Origin: a virus
IMG/VR virus record: IMGVR_UViG_3300020058_000046
Reading direction: 5' to 3' (one strand)
Length of the DNA stretch: 45,534 nucleotides
Below are positions 33,196 to 41,508 of the stretch, in pieces. Numbering within the stretch: the first letter of the stretch is position 1; each line of letters begins with the position of its first letter. Under the pieces are notes generated by a model. It was given only the letters and a program-made list of their open reading frames with translations, was not told where the DNA came from and did not search any database. The translations under genes were made by a program, and so were the position numbers.

Positions 33196-33497
33196 TGTTT
33201 GGGTCCGTGTTCAGTCAGGATATCGCCGATTCGGTCGAACAATGCGTCGCGGTCGTCGAAGTCGTCGCCGTCGACTGTCGCAACCCGTTCGTTGTCGATG
33301 TCGATTCGGTAATCGGGCACACCGAAGCCGTCAGGTTGCACGAAGACGTGTGCCGTCGACCCGTCGTGTATCCGGTCGTCGTCGCCGTCGTCGGCACCGT
33401 GTCGGTACGACAGTACGTCACCTTCGACCCAATTGACCGACCAGTCACCCGGTGCCGGGTATTCCGTTCCGTTCACAGTTTCGGTTTCGTGTTTCAT
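33192..33497 (-). CDS. Acidic protein, 101 aa, unknown function
   Basis: ATGA overlaps at both ends. Confidence 0.7.
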   Translation of the reverse strand: MKHETETVNGTEYPAPGDWSVNWVEGDVLSYRHGADDGDDDRIHDGSTAHVFVQPDGFGVPDYRIDIDNERVATVDGDDFDDRDALFDRIGDILTEHGPKQ

Positions 33498-33922
33498 TGT
33501 GTCACCCGTTGCATTACTGCAAGGATTGCGAACGCGTACAGGAAAGCAAACGCACCGCCGACGATTAAGCCGACGTGAACACCGCCGAACGACGCCGACA
33601 CCGCCGTCGTGCCGTACGCGACGGACAAGGCACCCACCGCAAGGGTGCCGTATAATCCTGCCGTGACGGTCGTTCGTGCCGGTGGCACGGCGTCGACAAT
33701 GCCGGTCGTTGTCGTCGATAGTGTCTTCGACATTGCCGTCAGTACGTCGTCGCCGTCGTCGTGCGTGTCAGTTTCGTCGACCGCGTCGCCGGCGTCGTCG
33801 TGCGTCGGTGCGTCAGGGTCGGCTTCGCCGGCGTTCGGTTGCACTTTCCGATTCACCGTTCGGTCGTCGTGGTCGTCGCCGTCACCGTCACCGTCGACAG
33901 TACCGCCGTCGGCGTCGGTCAT
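33494..33922 (-). CDS. Membrane protein with an acidic N-terminal region and two C-terminal TM helices, 142 aa
   Basis: ATG at 33922 overlaps the PCNA stop (ATGA). The ORF-track start at 33988 lies inside the PCNA gene. Confidence 0.65.
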   Translation of the reverse strand: MTDADGGTVDGDGDGDDHDDRTVNRKVQPNAGEADPDAPTHDDAGDAVDETDTHDDGDDVLTAMSKTLSTTTTGIVDAVPPARTTVTAGLYGTLAVGALSVAYGTTAVSASFGGVHVGLIVGGAFAFLYAFAILAVMQRVTQ

Positions 33923-34716
33923 GCTGATTTTGGTAATCGTGGTGCCTGCATTATCTTCGTGTCTATCGTGTCGTGTCGCGTTGTCCATACGTGGTATGGC
34001 ATATTGTCGCCGGTTACCATACGGAACGTGTCGGCGTCGATTATCGACACGAAGTCTTGCAGGTACGATAGTGACTGTTTTACCGTGACGCGTGTGTCCG
34101 GTGTGCCGTCGTCGTTGTACGCGAAGTCGTCGGCGTCGTGAATGTCGACCGATACTGAATCGGTGTCGCCGTCACCCGTCACCGTGAACGCCGAATCGTC
34201 GTCGAACGTGAATGTGCAATAGTTGGTCACCATGTCAGTCACGTCGACGGCACGGTCGAACTTGTCTGTCGGTACTGTGCAGTCGACGACGTACCCGTCT
34301 TTGTCTGCCGGCGGTACGTCGAACGGTGACCCGGTGACGGAATCGACGGTAAGACCCGCCATTCGGAATTCGATTTCTCCGGCTTCGATTACGAATTCGT
34401 AATTGTCCCAATCGTACCACAAGTGTACGGGTGCGTCGACCTTGCCGATTACGTCGCCGAACCGTTCGATATTCACACCCAACCGGAACGTGCCGGATAC
34501 GTCGTAATGGTCGAAGTCGTCGGCGTCGACCGTCTGTCGGACCATTGCGACGTTTGCCGCGTCGACACTTCTGTTTTCGAAACCGTCAGGTGTGAATTCG
34601 AAGACGGTTTCGAAGCGATTGATTGCCTGCAATCCGTTTGCGATACTGTCCCATACGTCGCAGTCGATTATCGTGTCGACGGTTACTTCGCCGTCGGAAC
34701 CTGTTTCGGGTGGCAT
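33919..34716 (-). CDS. pcn: PCNA sliding clamp, 265 aa
   Basis: ATG at 34716 (MPPETGSDGEVTVDTIID...). Length and two-domain pattern fit PCNA, and the C-terminal ...KIMQAPRL matches the PCNA-type ..APRI ending. The upstream part of the ORF-track ORF covers the tRNA. Confidence 0.75.
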   Translation of the reverse strand: MPPETGSDGEVTVDTIIDCDVWDSIANGLQAINRFETVFEFTPDGFENRSVDAANVAMVRQTVDADDFDHYDVSGTFRLGVNIERFGDVIGKVDAPVHLWYDWDNYEFVIEAGEIEFRMAGLTVDSVTGSPFDVPPADKDGYVVDCTVPTDKFDRAVDVTDMVTNYCTFTFDDDSAFTVTGDGDTDSVSVDIHDADDFAYNDDGTPDTRVTVKQSLSYLQDFVSIIDADTFRMVTGDNMPYHVWTTRHDTIDTKIMQAPRLPKSA

Positions 34717-34774
34717 GGTTGTTCGGTGGGTCCGAATTGCGGGTCGGATACCCGCCGACCGCGTGGTCGGAAAG

Positions 34775-34857
34775 TGGCACCTGCCGGATTCGAACCGGCG
34801 AAGTCCTGCGACGCACGGTCTTAAGCCGTGTGCAGTCGACCACTTTGCTAAGGTGCC
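34775..34857 (-). tRNA. tRNA-Leu (anticodon UAA), class II, 83 nt, no encoded CCA
   Basis: Acceptor GGCACCT/AGGTGCC. D stem GCA/TGC with GG in the loop. Anticodon stem CACGG/CCGTG with loop CTTAAGA. 14-nt variable arm. T arm GCCGG-TTCGAAT-CCGGC. Discriminator A. Confidence 0.85.
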
Positions 34858-34883
34858 CCAAACGAACCGGCGTGCGCCGGTGG

Positions 34884-35171
34884 TTAATGCGTGTCGGCGT
34901 CGTCTGTCGGCATATTCGGCACAGTCGCGTCGACCGACAGGGTTTCGTTCAGGATTCGTTTCACGCAGTCGTCGCACACCGTTGCTTTCGTGTTCGACGG
35001 TGCCGGCGAATTTTGGTTTTGTACGTATTCGCCGACAAAGTGCCCGATGTCGACTTCGTGCCCGTTGTCGTCGGCAGTCAGGAATCGGTCACACCCTGCA
35101 CCGTCGCACACGTCACCGCGTTCGATATCCGATTCGTCGATTACCGTACCGTCGGGTAATTTCAATGCCAT
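34884..35171 (-). CDS. Small Cys-containing protein, 95 aa
   Basis: ATG at 35171, 4 nt after the upstream stop. Contains CDGAGC...CDDC. Confidence 0.65.
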   Translation of the reverse strand: MALKLPDGTVIDESDIERGDVCDGAGCDRFLTADDNGHEVDIGHFVGEYVQNQNSPAPSNTKATVCDDCVKRILNETLSVDATVPNMPTDDADTH

Positions 35172-35175
35172 GTTG

Positions 35176-36339
35176 TCAGTTGTCGTCGGTGTCGTTTTGG
35201 TCGTGATACGCCGGCACGACGCCGGTTGCGTCGTCGACGATTGCGTCGATTAGGTCGTCTGTGTCCGGTGTCGCACCGGCGTCGACTTCGTCGCGGTTCG
35301 ACGCAATCACCTTCAAAGCGTTGTAATTCAGTACGCCGTCGACTGCCGCGTCGAACGACTGTCGACGAACCTGTCGGTCGATGTCGTCACGACCGAATTG
35401 CACGGTTAACCCTGACACGTCGCCGTGCCCGTCGTCGTCGGCGACTGTGACCGTCGCGGTGTCGAAGTCGGTGCCGTCGACCGCGTCGTCTGTGCCGGCG
35501 TCAGGGTCGTCAGACGCGTCGTCACCGCCGTCGCCGTCGTCGGTGGTATCGTCGCCGGTGTCGCCGTCGAAGTCAGACAAGGCTTTGTGTGCCTTTGCAG
35601 TCGCGTCGTCGTCTGATATCGGTTCACCACGGTCGACGATATCAAGCCGACCCGTCTTCGCAAAGTCGACTGCCCATTGCGGGCAGTCAGGGTCGTCGGG
35701 CGTTGCCCGCGTTCCGGTCGTGAACACGCACCGCGTCAGGTAACTGTACCCGATAATCGCCGGTCGGTTTTCACCTGCACCGTGTGGGTGAATTATCCAT
35801 ACACGGGTACGCAACGGTTCGATTACCGGCGGTTGTTGTTTCGACGACACGGGAATTCGAAGGTTCAAGCCGCGTTCACGGCATTCGTCGATGTAATCTT
35901 CGGGCGTTTCCCAATTGCTCTTACCCACGGACATCAATAGGTCGATTGCCCGCGTCGACGTGATATCGCCGAAGTGTGACCCGTCGAAGCCGAACCGCGA
36001 CAGTCGGTCGATATGGTTGGGAATGTCGTCAGACGGTGTCGTCGTACCACCGTCGGCAATGTAGTGCAGACTGAACGCGTTGCCCGGAAACGGTCGGTAT
36101 CCGGGTATAATCGCACCTTTGCCGGTGTATTCCTTGTATTCGACCGGGTCGTCTAATTCGACGAATCGTGGTATGTCGCCGTCAGGTGCCGAAAGTGCAG
36201 ACACGTCACACCTGACGTAAGCCGCGTTCGGTTTCAAGTGCCCGCAACCGCGTTCTTTGTTGTCGATTGTTTCGCGTTCGTCGTCGGGTATGCCTTTTTC
36301 TAACTGTTCGTCGACGGCTTGCCGCAAGGGGTTGGTCAT
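35176..36339 (-). CDS. Unknown replication-module protein with a C-terminal HeH/SAP-like motif, 387 aa
   Basis: ATG at 36339 behind a TTTTATAC box. N-terminal ERGCGHLKPNAAY motif. Asp-rich linker. C-terminal YNALKVIASNRDEVDAGATPDTDDLIDAIV. Confidence 0.75.
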   Translation of the reverse strand: MTNPLRQAVDEQLEKGIPDDERETIDNKERGCGHLKPNAAYVRCDVSALSAPDGDIPRFVELDDPVEYKEYTGKGAIIPGYRPFPGNAFSLHYIADGGTTTPSDDIPNHIDRLSRFGFDGSHFGDITSTRAIDLLMSVGKSNWETPEDYIDECRERGLNLRIPVSSKQQPPVIEPLRTRVWIIHPHGAGENRPAIIGYSYLTRCVFTTGTRATPDDPDCPQWAVDFAKTGRLDIVDRGEPISDDDATAKAHKALSDFDGDTGDDTTDDGDGGDDASDDPDAGTDDAVDGTDFDTATVTVADDDGHGDVSGLTVQFGRDDIDRQVRRQSFDAAVDGVLNYNALKVIASNRDEVDAGATPDTDDLIDAIVDDATGVVPAYHDQNDTDDN

Positions 36340-36392
36340 GGGTCGGTCACCACGGTCGACGATTGTTTCGGCGGGTATAAAACCGTGTCGGT
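36340..36392 (-). promoter_or_regulatory. Promoter of the PCNA operon
   Basis: Minus strand has CCGACACGG-TTTTATAC, then about 36 nt, then ATG, with GGTGACCGACCC before the ATG. Confidence 0.6.
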
Positions 36393-36465
36393 GATTGGGT
36401 GAATGGTGGGCCGGACATTGCCACCGGCAGGTGTGACCCGCGTGTGTCGGTCGGTGTCTGTCGAT

Positions 36466-36607
36466 GTCTGCACAGTCGGCGTCACAGTCGTCGTCAGAAA
36501 CGGCACAGTCGGTCGTGACGCCGTCGCAGTCGTACGTGCCGTATGGGTCGAATCAGGAAAAGAAACGTCGCGTACCGTACGCCGTCAGTCGTGACGACCC
36601 TGCCGCG
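36466..36607. repeat. Phased-repeat boundary element, copy 4
   Basis: Begins at the TGA of 36608..38305. Near-identical to copy 2. Confidence 0.9.
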
Positions 36608-38305
36608 TCAGTCGTCGGTGTACTTGTCGTGCAGGGTCGTGAATGACCCGTTTCGGGAATCACGGCACCCACACGGGCACCGCAAGGTTAGTTCGCGGTC
36701 GGTCGTCGTGTTGTATCGACTGATTTTGTAGGTGTGAACGCGAAGGGTCGGTCGAAGTCGGTCACCACACCACGGGCACACCGCAAGTTCGTGCAAGACT
36801 TCGGTGCCCTTGTCGGTGATATCCCACCGGGCATTAGGGTCGTCGAAGTCGGCGTCGTCATTGCCGTCGACGCGTTCAATCAAGCCGACTTCGCGTGCCT
36901 TGCGAATGACCGTTCGAAAGTGTGCGTCGCCGTGTGCGAAGCCGTCGGGTCGACGGAAACCCGTGCCCGGTGACCCATGACCCTGCACCTTGCGAACACC
37001 TTGCTTACCCGTCGGGCACGGTGCGATATCGTCAGGGTCGACATCGTCGTCGTACGTGTTCACGGTGAACATACCGCCGTCGCCCGACGCGTCTTCGCGT
37101 GCCGACGCAATGAATTCCTGCCACCACGCGACATCGGTAAGCAACGACCGAACCTTCGTCGGCGTCACCGACGCGTATTCGTCGAACACGTCGGCGACAT
37201 CGTCGGGCACGTCGGCGTCGTCGACGGACCACACGCGGTCGTCTTTGCAGTCGATACACACCGGGTCGTCGTGTGCCGGGTGGTCGTGTTCGGCACCGGC
37301 GTCGTGCGTGTCACCGCAACGGGCACAGTCGAACGTGTCGATGTACCTGTCGGCGGTCTTTTTGCCGTCGTCGTTGTACTGTGCCTTGTTGTAAGCCGCG
37401 TCGCGGATTCGTTCGACGTTTCGGTTCACGGACAGTCGGCGAAACGTCTGTGCGACTTCGGTTCGGTTGTTGTCCGACGCGTCGACAAGGTCGGAATACG
37501 AAGCCGCGTCGAATTCGTCGTCGAAGTCGTGTGGTATCGTCGCACGATACCACAAGGGTCGTTCGTAATCAGGGTCGTCGTATGACGGCAAGCCGTCGTC
37601 GACATCGTCGCCCGCCGTGCCTGCACGCAATGCGATAGTTGCGTCGAAGGGGCAGTCGCCGTCGTCGCCGTCGCAGGTGTATCGCAGTCGAATGATTCCG
37701 TCGTCGTCGACACGGGTGCGTTCGCGGTTCCGGTGACCGTCGTGAACCGGGCACGTCGGCGGTGCGTGTGACAACGATTCACCGTCGGCGTCGTCGGAAT
37801 ACTGTTCGACGACCTTGTGAACGACGGTGCCGTCTTCGACGACCGTTCGAATCGACCCGTCGTGCCGAATCTTGATGTCGTACTGTTCCGGTTCGGCGTC
37901 GCGCAAGAAGTGTTCCGTGTCGGCGTCGGAGTGTGCGTCGACTTTGGCTTCGACCGGGTCGGTGTCACCGCCGTCGGTCACCGCGTCGGCGACTGCCGTT
38001 TCGAACGCGTCGACGGTGTCGCCGAATCCGCGTTCGGCGTCGGTCGGTTCGCGGTCGTCGGCGTTCAGGTGGTCGTCGGCGTCGGCGGTGTCGTCGCGGT
38101 CGACGCCGTACGGATTGCGCGACTTTAGTTCGGCGATTGCGACTTCGGCGTTCGCGGTAAGGACAGGTTCGGCGTATTCGCCGTCGGGCAGGTTCGCGGC
38201 AGTCTGTGCGACGCGGTCGATGTACTGAATCAGTTGGTCGGTCGACATCGTCGTCGGGTCGATGTCGGCGGGCGATTCGTCGTCGGCGTCGGTGTGTCGC
38301 ACCAT
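36608..38305 (-). CDS. MVRH-cassette gene: large Zn-finger / winged-helix-like protein, 565 aa, candidate replication or regulatory factor
   Basis: ATG at 38305 (an in-frame ATG also sits 6 nt upstream). Cys clusters CARCG..CIDC and CPWCG..CPCGC. FRTVIRKAREVGLIERV resembles a wHTH recognition helix. Confidence 0.75.
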   Translation of the reverse strand: MVRHTDADDESPADIDPTTMSTDQLIQYIDRVAQTAANLPDGEYAEPVLTANAEVAIAELKSRNPYGVDRDDTADADDHLNADDREPTDAERGFGDTVDAFETAVADAVTDGGDTDPVEAKVDAHSDADTEHFLRDAEPEQYDIKIRHDGSIRTVVEDGTVVHKVVEQYSDDADGESLSHAPPTCPVHDGHRNRERTRVDDDGIIRLRYTCDGDDGDCPFDATIALRAGTAGDDVDDGLPSYDDPDYERPLWYRATIPHDFDDEFDAASYSDLVDASDNNRTEVAQTFRRLSVNRNVERIRDAAYNKAQYNDDGKKTADRYIDTFDCARCGDTHDAGAEHDHPAHDDPVCIDCKDDRVWSVDDADVPDDVADVFDEYASVTPTKVRSLLTDVAWWQEFIASAREDASGDGGMFTVNTYDDDVDPDDIAPCPTGKQGVRKVQGHGSPGTGFRRPDGFAHGDAHFRTVIRKAREVGLIERVDGNDDADFDDPNARWDITDKGTEVLHELAVCPWCGDRLRPTLRVHTYKISRYNTTTDRELTLRCPCGCRDSRNGSFTTLHDKYTDD

Positions 38306-38355
38306 ACCCATACTTGCGTACCCGTGTATAAAAATGTGTCGGCTTGTACCGGGCA
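38306..38355 (-). promoter_or_regulatory. Conserved promoter cassette, sub-type II
   Basis: Minus strand reads GGTACAAGCCGACAC-ATTTTTATACAC-GGGTACGCAAGTATGGGT-ATG. Confidence 0.8.
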
Positions 38356-38365
38356 GTCGGTGAAT

Positions 38366-38405
38366 GCCGACACGTTTTTACCTGCCGTCGGCGTACCCTG
38401 CACCG
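38366..38405 (+). promoter_or_regulatory. Divergent promoter of the plus-strand TFB-like operon
   Basis: Plus strand has GCCGACACG-TTTTTAC (38375-38380), then 26 nt, then ATG(38406). Confidence 0.6.
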
Positions 38406-39407
38406 ATGTCAGGTGCAAAAACCGACCCGCCGACCCTTCGCCGTCTTGCCGATTCCGTCGGCTTCGACGACGGTGATATCGACTTCGCCGAACAGTTAGA
38501 CGACCAACTGCCGAACGACGGTGGTTTCGCCGACCGTGACGCCGGTATCGTGTACGCCGTCGCGCGTATCAATAACGTGCCGATTCGACCCGGCGAAGTC
38601 GCCGACGCGTCGCAGTACGACGATGTCGACGCCGATACTGTCGTGAACGACACGCGACGTATCGCCGACACTATGCCCTTCGACTTACACGTCGACGACC
38701 CGTCGGCGTTCGTAAAACGATTCGTCGACGACGTATCCGATGTCTGCCGGGTGCCCGACGGTTTCCGGCAGACTGCCCTTCGTCTGTGTGCCGACGCAAC
38801 GAACGCCGGCTTGCAGTCAGGTAAGTCGCGTTCCGGTTTTGCCGCGTCGGTCGTGTACGCGGCTTCGGTCGTCACCGACGCCGATATCGGGCAATACGAA
38901 GTCGCCGACATCGTCGACGTGTCACCCGTAACAATCCGAAACCAGTACCGACCGATTATCGACTGCACCGACGAACACGATTGGACAATGCACGACGCCG
39001 ACGACTTGCCCGAACTTGTCGACGCAATCGCCGACGACATCGACCGCGTACCTGACGACGTGCGTGACGACGCGGTCGGCGTCGCCGAATCAGTCGTCGC
39101 CGACGAACCGGAATTCGTCACGTCGACGAAGGTGACCGGAACCGCCGGCGGTGTCTTCTATGTCGTTGCTGAACGACACCGTTTCGACGTTTCCATGCAA
39201 GAAGTCGCCGATACCGCCGGCGTCAGTAAGCATACAGTCGTTGCCCGTGTTCACGACGTGCGTGATTACTGCCGTCGCGTTCAGTACCGAACGATGAATT
39301 ACAACCGTCTGAAAGAACTTGCCGCGTCGCACGACCTTGATGTCGGCACGACGCCGGCGAAGTCAGACATCGTCGACGCGTTAGTTCGCAACAAAATCGA
39401 CGCATAA
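38406..39407 (+). CDS. TFB/TFIIB-like protein (two cyclin repeats, no Zn-ribbon or B-reader) with an extra HTH and a C-terminal HeH/SAP-like motif, 333 aa
   Basis: LQSGKSRSGFAASVVYAASVVTDADIGQYEVADIVDVSPVTIRNQYRPI matches the TFB second-repeat signature (sGrsP..lAAAalY.As......tQ.evA....VtevTIRNrY.e). The first repeat has RDAGIVYAVARINNVPIRPGEVA. There are no Cys pairs at the N-terminus. An ATG at 38364 is an alternative start. Confidence 0.7.
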   Translation: MSGAKTDPPTLRRLADSVGFDDGDIDFAEQLDDQLPNDGGFADRDAGIVYAVARINNVPIRPGEVADASQYDDVDADTVVNDTRRIADTMPFDLHVDDPSAFVKRFVDDVSDVCRVPDGFRQTALRLCADATNAGLQSGKSRSGFAASVVYAASVVTDADIGQYEVADIVDVSPVTIRNQYRPIIDCTDEHDWTMHDADDLPELVDAIADDIDRVPDDVRDDAVGVAESVVADEPEFVTSTKVTGTAGGVFYVVAERHRFDVSMQEVADTAGVSKHTVVARVHDVRDYCRRVQYRTMNYNRLKELAASHDLDVGTTPAKSDIVDALVRNKIDA

Positions 39408-39409
39408 CC

Positions 39410-39595
39410 ATGCCTGAATACCTGAAATTCCGTGAACCGTGCGACGCCGACGACTGTGACCACACAGTCACGACATGGTTTCCGAAAAACGTGTCGCCGG
39501 TGCGTGTTCGGTGTGCCGAATGTCGACGTATAAACCGTATCGAATCGTCGCCGGTCGAATCGGCAGTCGTCGCAAACAAGGGTACGGGCACATGA
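39410..39595 (+). CDS. Zinc-ribbon protein, 61 aa
   Basis: Contains CDADDCDH...x21...CAECR. ATG lies 2 nt after the upstream TAA. Confidence 0.6.
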   Translation: MPEYLKFREPCDADDCDHTVTTWFPKNVSPVRVRCAECRRINRIESSPVESAVVANKGTGT

Positions 39596-40203
39596 CGGTC
39601 GACGAATCCTGCCCGGTGTGTGACGATACCGGGTGCGTCGTCTGTTGGTCGGTCGACGATGTCACTATCGGCACGACTGACGACTGCACGTACGACAATA
39701 TCGCCGGCTTCGATGTCGACGTGACTGACGAACGGGTGCGAAGTCGTGACGGCTTCGATATCGGCGACTGCGAAGTGTCGTTCAATGCTGAATTGACCGT
39801 GCCGCAATCCGTCGTTCGAAAGACGAACCGGCGGGCAGTCGATACCCTGCAATCGAAAGCAACCCACGAATTCGACTGTGACGGATTCGACCGGGAAACC
39901 TTCGACGACGCCGTGCATTCGATTGAATCGGCAGGGTACGATACTGCACGGTGGGTTATGCCGTCGTCGGTCGTCGAATCCCTGCGTTCGTGGTACGACG
40001 ATAGGTTCCGTGTCAGTCAGTTCGACGGTGCGTTCGTCGACGACCGTGTGTCATGGCAGTACCCAATCGTCGAAGTATCTGACGATGTCGAAGATACCGA
40101 CGCGTTGCTTGTTGCCACCGACGCCGTGTCGAATGGCCCGTCGCCGTTCACCGACCGAATTATCGTCGTCGACCCTGACGGTGTCGCGGTGATTCACACA
40201 TGA
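39592..40203 (+). CDS. Protein with an N-terminal CxxCxxxGCxxC knuckle, 203 aa, unknown function
   Basis: ATG at 39592 in an ATGA overlap (MTVDESCPVCDDTGCVVCW...). The ORF-track start at 39475 overlaps the upstream gene. Confidence 0.65.
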   Translation: MTVDESCPVCDDTGCVVCWSVDDVTIGTTDDCTYDNIAGFDVDVTDERVRSRDGFDIGDCEVSFNAELTVPQSVVRKTNRRAVDTLQSKATHEFDCDGFDRETFDDAVHSIESAGYDTARWVMPSSVVESLRSWYDDRFRVSQFDGAFVDDRVSWQYPIVEVSDDVEDTDALLVATDAVSNGPSPFTDRIIVVDPDGVAVIHT

Positions 40204-40625
40204 CCGGGTCGATATTGGGGCACTTCGAAGACTGGTTCAAAAGCCGCGACACGCGGATTCGACACCGATACGAAGACGATGTCGGGCAATGGGCATTCGT
40301 CGTTCAGGTGCGTGGTGACGAACTTGTCTGTGCCGCAAGGTCGTCGTACCGTGACGACGACGCGTCGCAGGTGTCGATTATGAAACGCGTCGCAGGTAGG
40401 GCACAAGTCCGTGACGGCTTCGTCTGTCTTCGCGTTCGTGACGATATCCTTGTCTTCGACCCGGTCGCAATCCTTGCGGCAGGGTCGAATGACGAAGTCT
40501 TCGAAGACGACCGCAAGAAACGCGGTGAACAATGGGTCGTCGTGCCTGTCGATGTCGCCGTTCCGTTCGACAGGTGGTTCGACGGTGTCGACCCTGCCAC
40601 CTTCGGCGATATTACTGATTACTGA
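40200..40625 (+). CDS. Protein of unknown function, 141 aa
   Basis: ATGA overlap at 40200. Its 3' end overlaps the convergent gene 40612..41373 by 14 nt. Confidence 0.65.
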   Translation: MTGSILGHFEDWFKSRDTRIRHRYEDDVGQWAFVVQVRGDELVCAARSSYRDDDASQVSIMKRVAGRAQVRDGFVCLRVRDDILVFDPVAILAAGSNDEVFEDDRKKRGEQWVVVPVDVAVPFDRWFDGVDPATFGDITDY

Positions 40626-41373
40626 ACGCACCGCCGTCGCGTGCCTTGCGATACGTCGTCTGTTTCACCCTGTCGCCGATGTCGGCGACTTCGGCGTCGA
40701 CCGCGTCTTCGGTTCGACCGATTACGATTTTCCATGCCGACCCGTCACCCGTATCTGCCGGCTTCGCAACGACTGCGTTGTACTTGTCGACGACGCGTTC
40801 AATCAGGGATTCGCGGGCACGGTCACCGAACGACCACCTGTCGTCTATTATGTTCGTCAGTACGGCACGCGGTACTGCGACCGCGTCGTCGGTGGTTCGC
40901 AAGAGGTATTCGGCGATGTATTCGGCTTTGTCGCGTTTCGGTGCCTTTGCGTGTGGTACGTCGTCAGGGTCGAAGTCGGAACCGCCGTCGTCGGTACTGT
41001 CGTCGGCGTCGTCTGTGCCGGCGTCACAGTCGCCGACAGACGCGTCAGACGTGCCGTCAGGGTCGACCCGTGCAGTCTGCCCGGTGTGTGTGTGCGACGG
41101 TCGTGAAACGGTGCGTGTGGTGTCTGTACCGCCGTCACAATCGACGACGACCGCGTCTTCAAGCCGCGACAATTGTGCCTGAATCGTTGCGACATCGTTT
41201 TCTAACCGGGCGATTTCATCGGTCGGTCGGTCGGCGTCGATGTACTGCCGTATTGCGTTTTCAAGTTCGTCACGCAAGACACCGCGTCGTTGCCCGTGCC
41301 TGTCTTCGACGTACCGAACGAACCTGTCGTACAAGTCGGCGTCTATCGGCGTCGGTTGTTTGGTGTCACCCAT
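40612..41373 (-). CDS. Ribbon-helix-helix (CopG/Arc-like) regulator with a long acidic C-terminal extension, 253 aa
   Basis: ATG at 41373 (MGDTKQPTPIDADLYDRFVRYVEDRHGQRRGVLRDELENAIRQYI, a beta-alpha-alpha pattern). A TATTTACA box lies 27 nt upstream. Contains one in-frame copy of the DPDGTSDAS..DCDAG segment. Confidence 0.6.
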   Translation of the reverse strand: MGDTKQPTPIDADLYDRFVRYVEDRHGQRRGVLRDELENAIRQYIDADRPTDEIARLENDVATIQAQLSRLEDAVVVDCDGGTDTTRTVSRPSHTHTGQTARVDPDGTSDASVGDCDAGTDDADDSTDDGGSDFDPDDVPHAKAPKRDKAEYIAEYLLRTTDDAVAVPRAVLTNIIDDRWSFGDRARESLIERVVDKYNAVVAKPADTGDGSAWKIVIGRTEDAVDAEVADIGDRVKQTTYRKARDGGAFSNQ

Positions 41374-41415
41374 TGCAGATTTCTGTTTTGTACCCTGTTG
41401 TAAATACGTGCCGGT
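41374..41415 (-). promoter_or_regulatory. Promoter of the RHH regulator gene
   Basis: Minus strand has GGCACG-TATTTACA, then about 27 nt, then ATG(41373). Confidence 0.55.
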
Positions 41416-41463
41416 TGTTTCGATTAAGATTGTACTAACTGTGCGTCTTGTGTGCAAGCCGAC

Positions 41464-41505
41464 ACTACTTACTACTTAGTTTGTACTGTAAAAGTAGTAA
41501 GTAGT
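41464..41505. promoter_or_regulatory. AT-rich perfect inverted repeat of tandem heptads: (ACTACTT)x2 - 14 nt - (AAGTAGT)x2
   Basis: Read directly from actacttactactt agtttgtactgtaa aagtagtaagtagt. It is the most AT-rich spot of the divergent intergenic region. Confidence 0.9.
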
Positions 41506-41508
41506 AAC

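Noticed and set aside
34717-34977. The 87-aa N-terminal extension of the PCNA ORF (ORF track 33919..34977).
   Set aside because: It is Arg-rich and non-acidic, and it runs straight through the tRNA-Leu gene. The PCNA-like sequence starts at the ATG at 34716.
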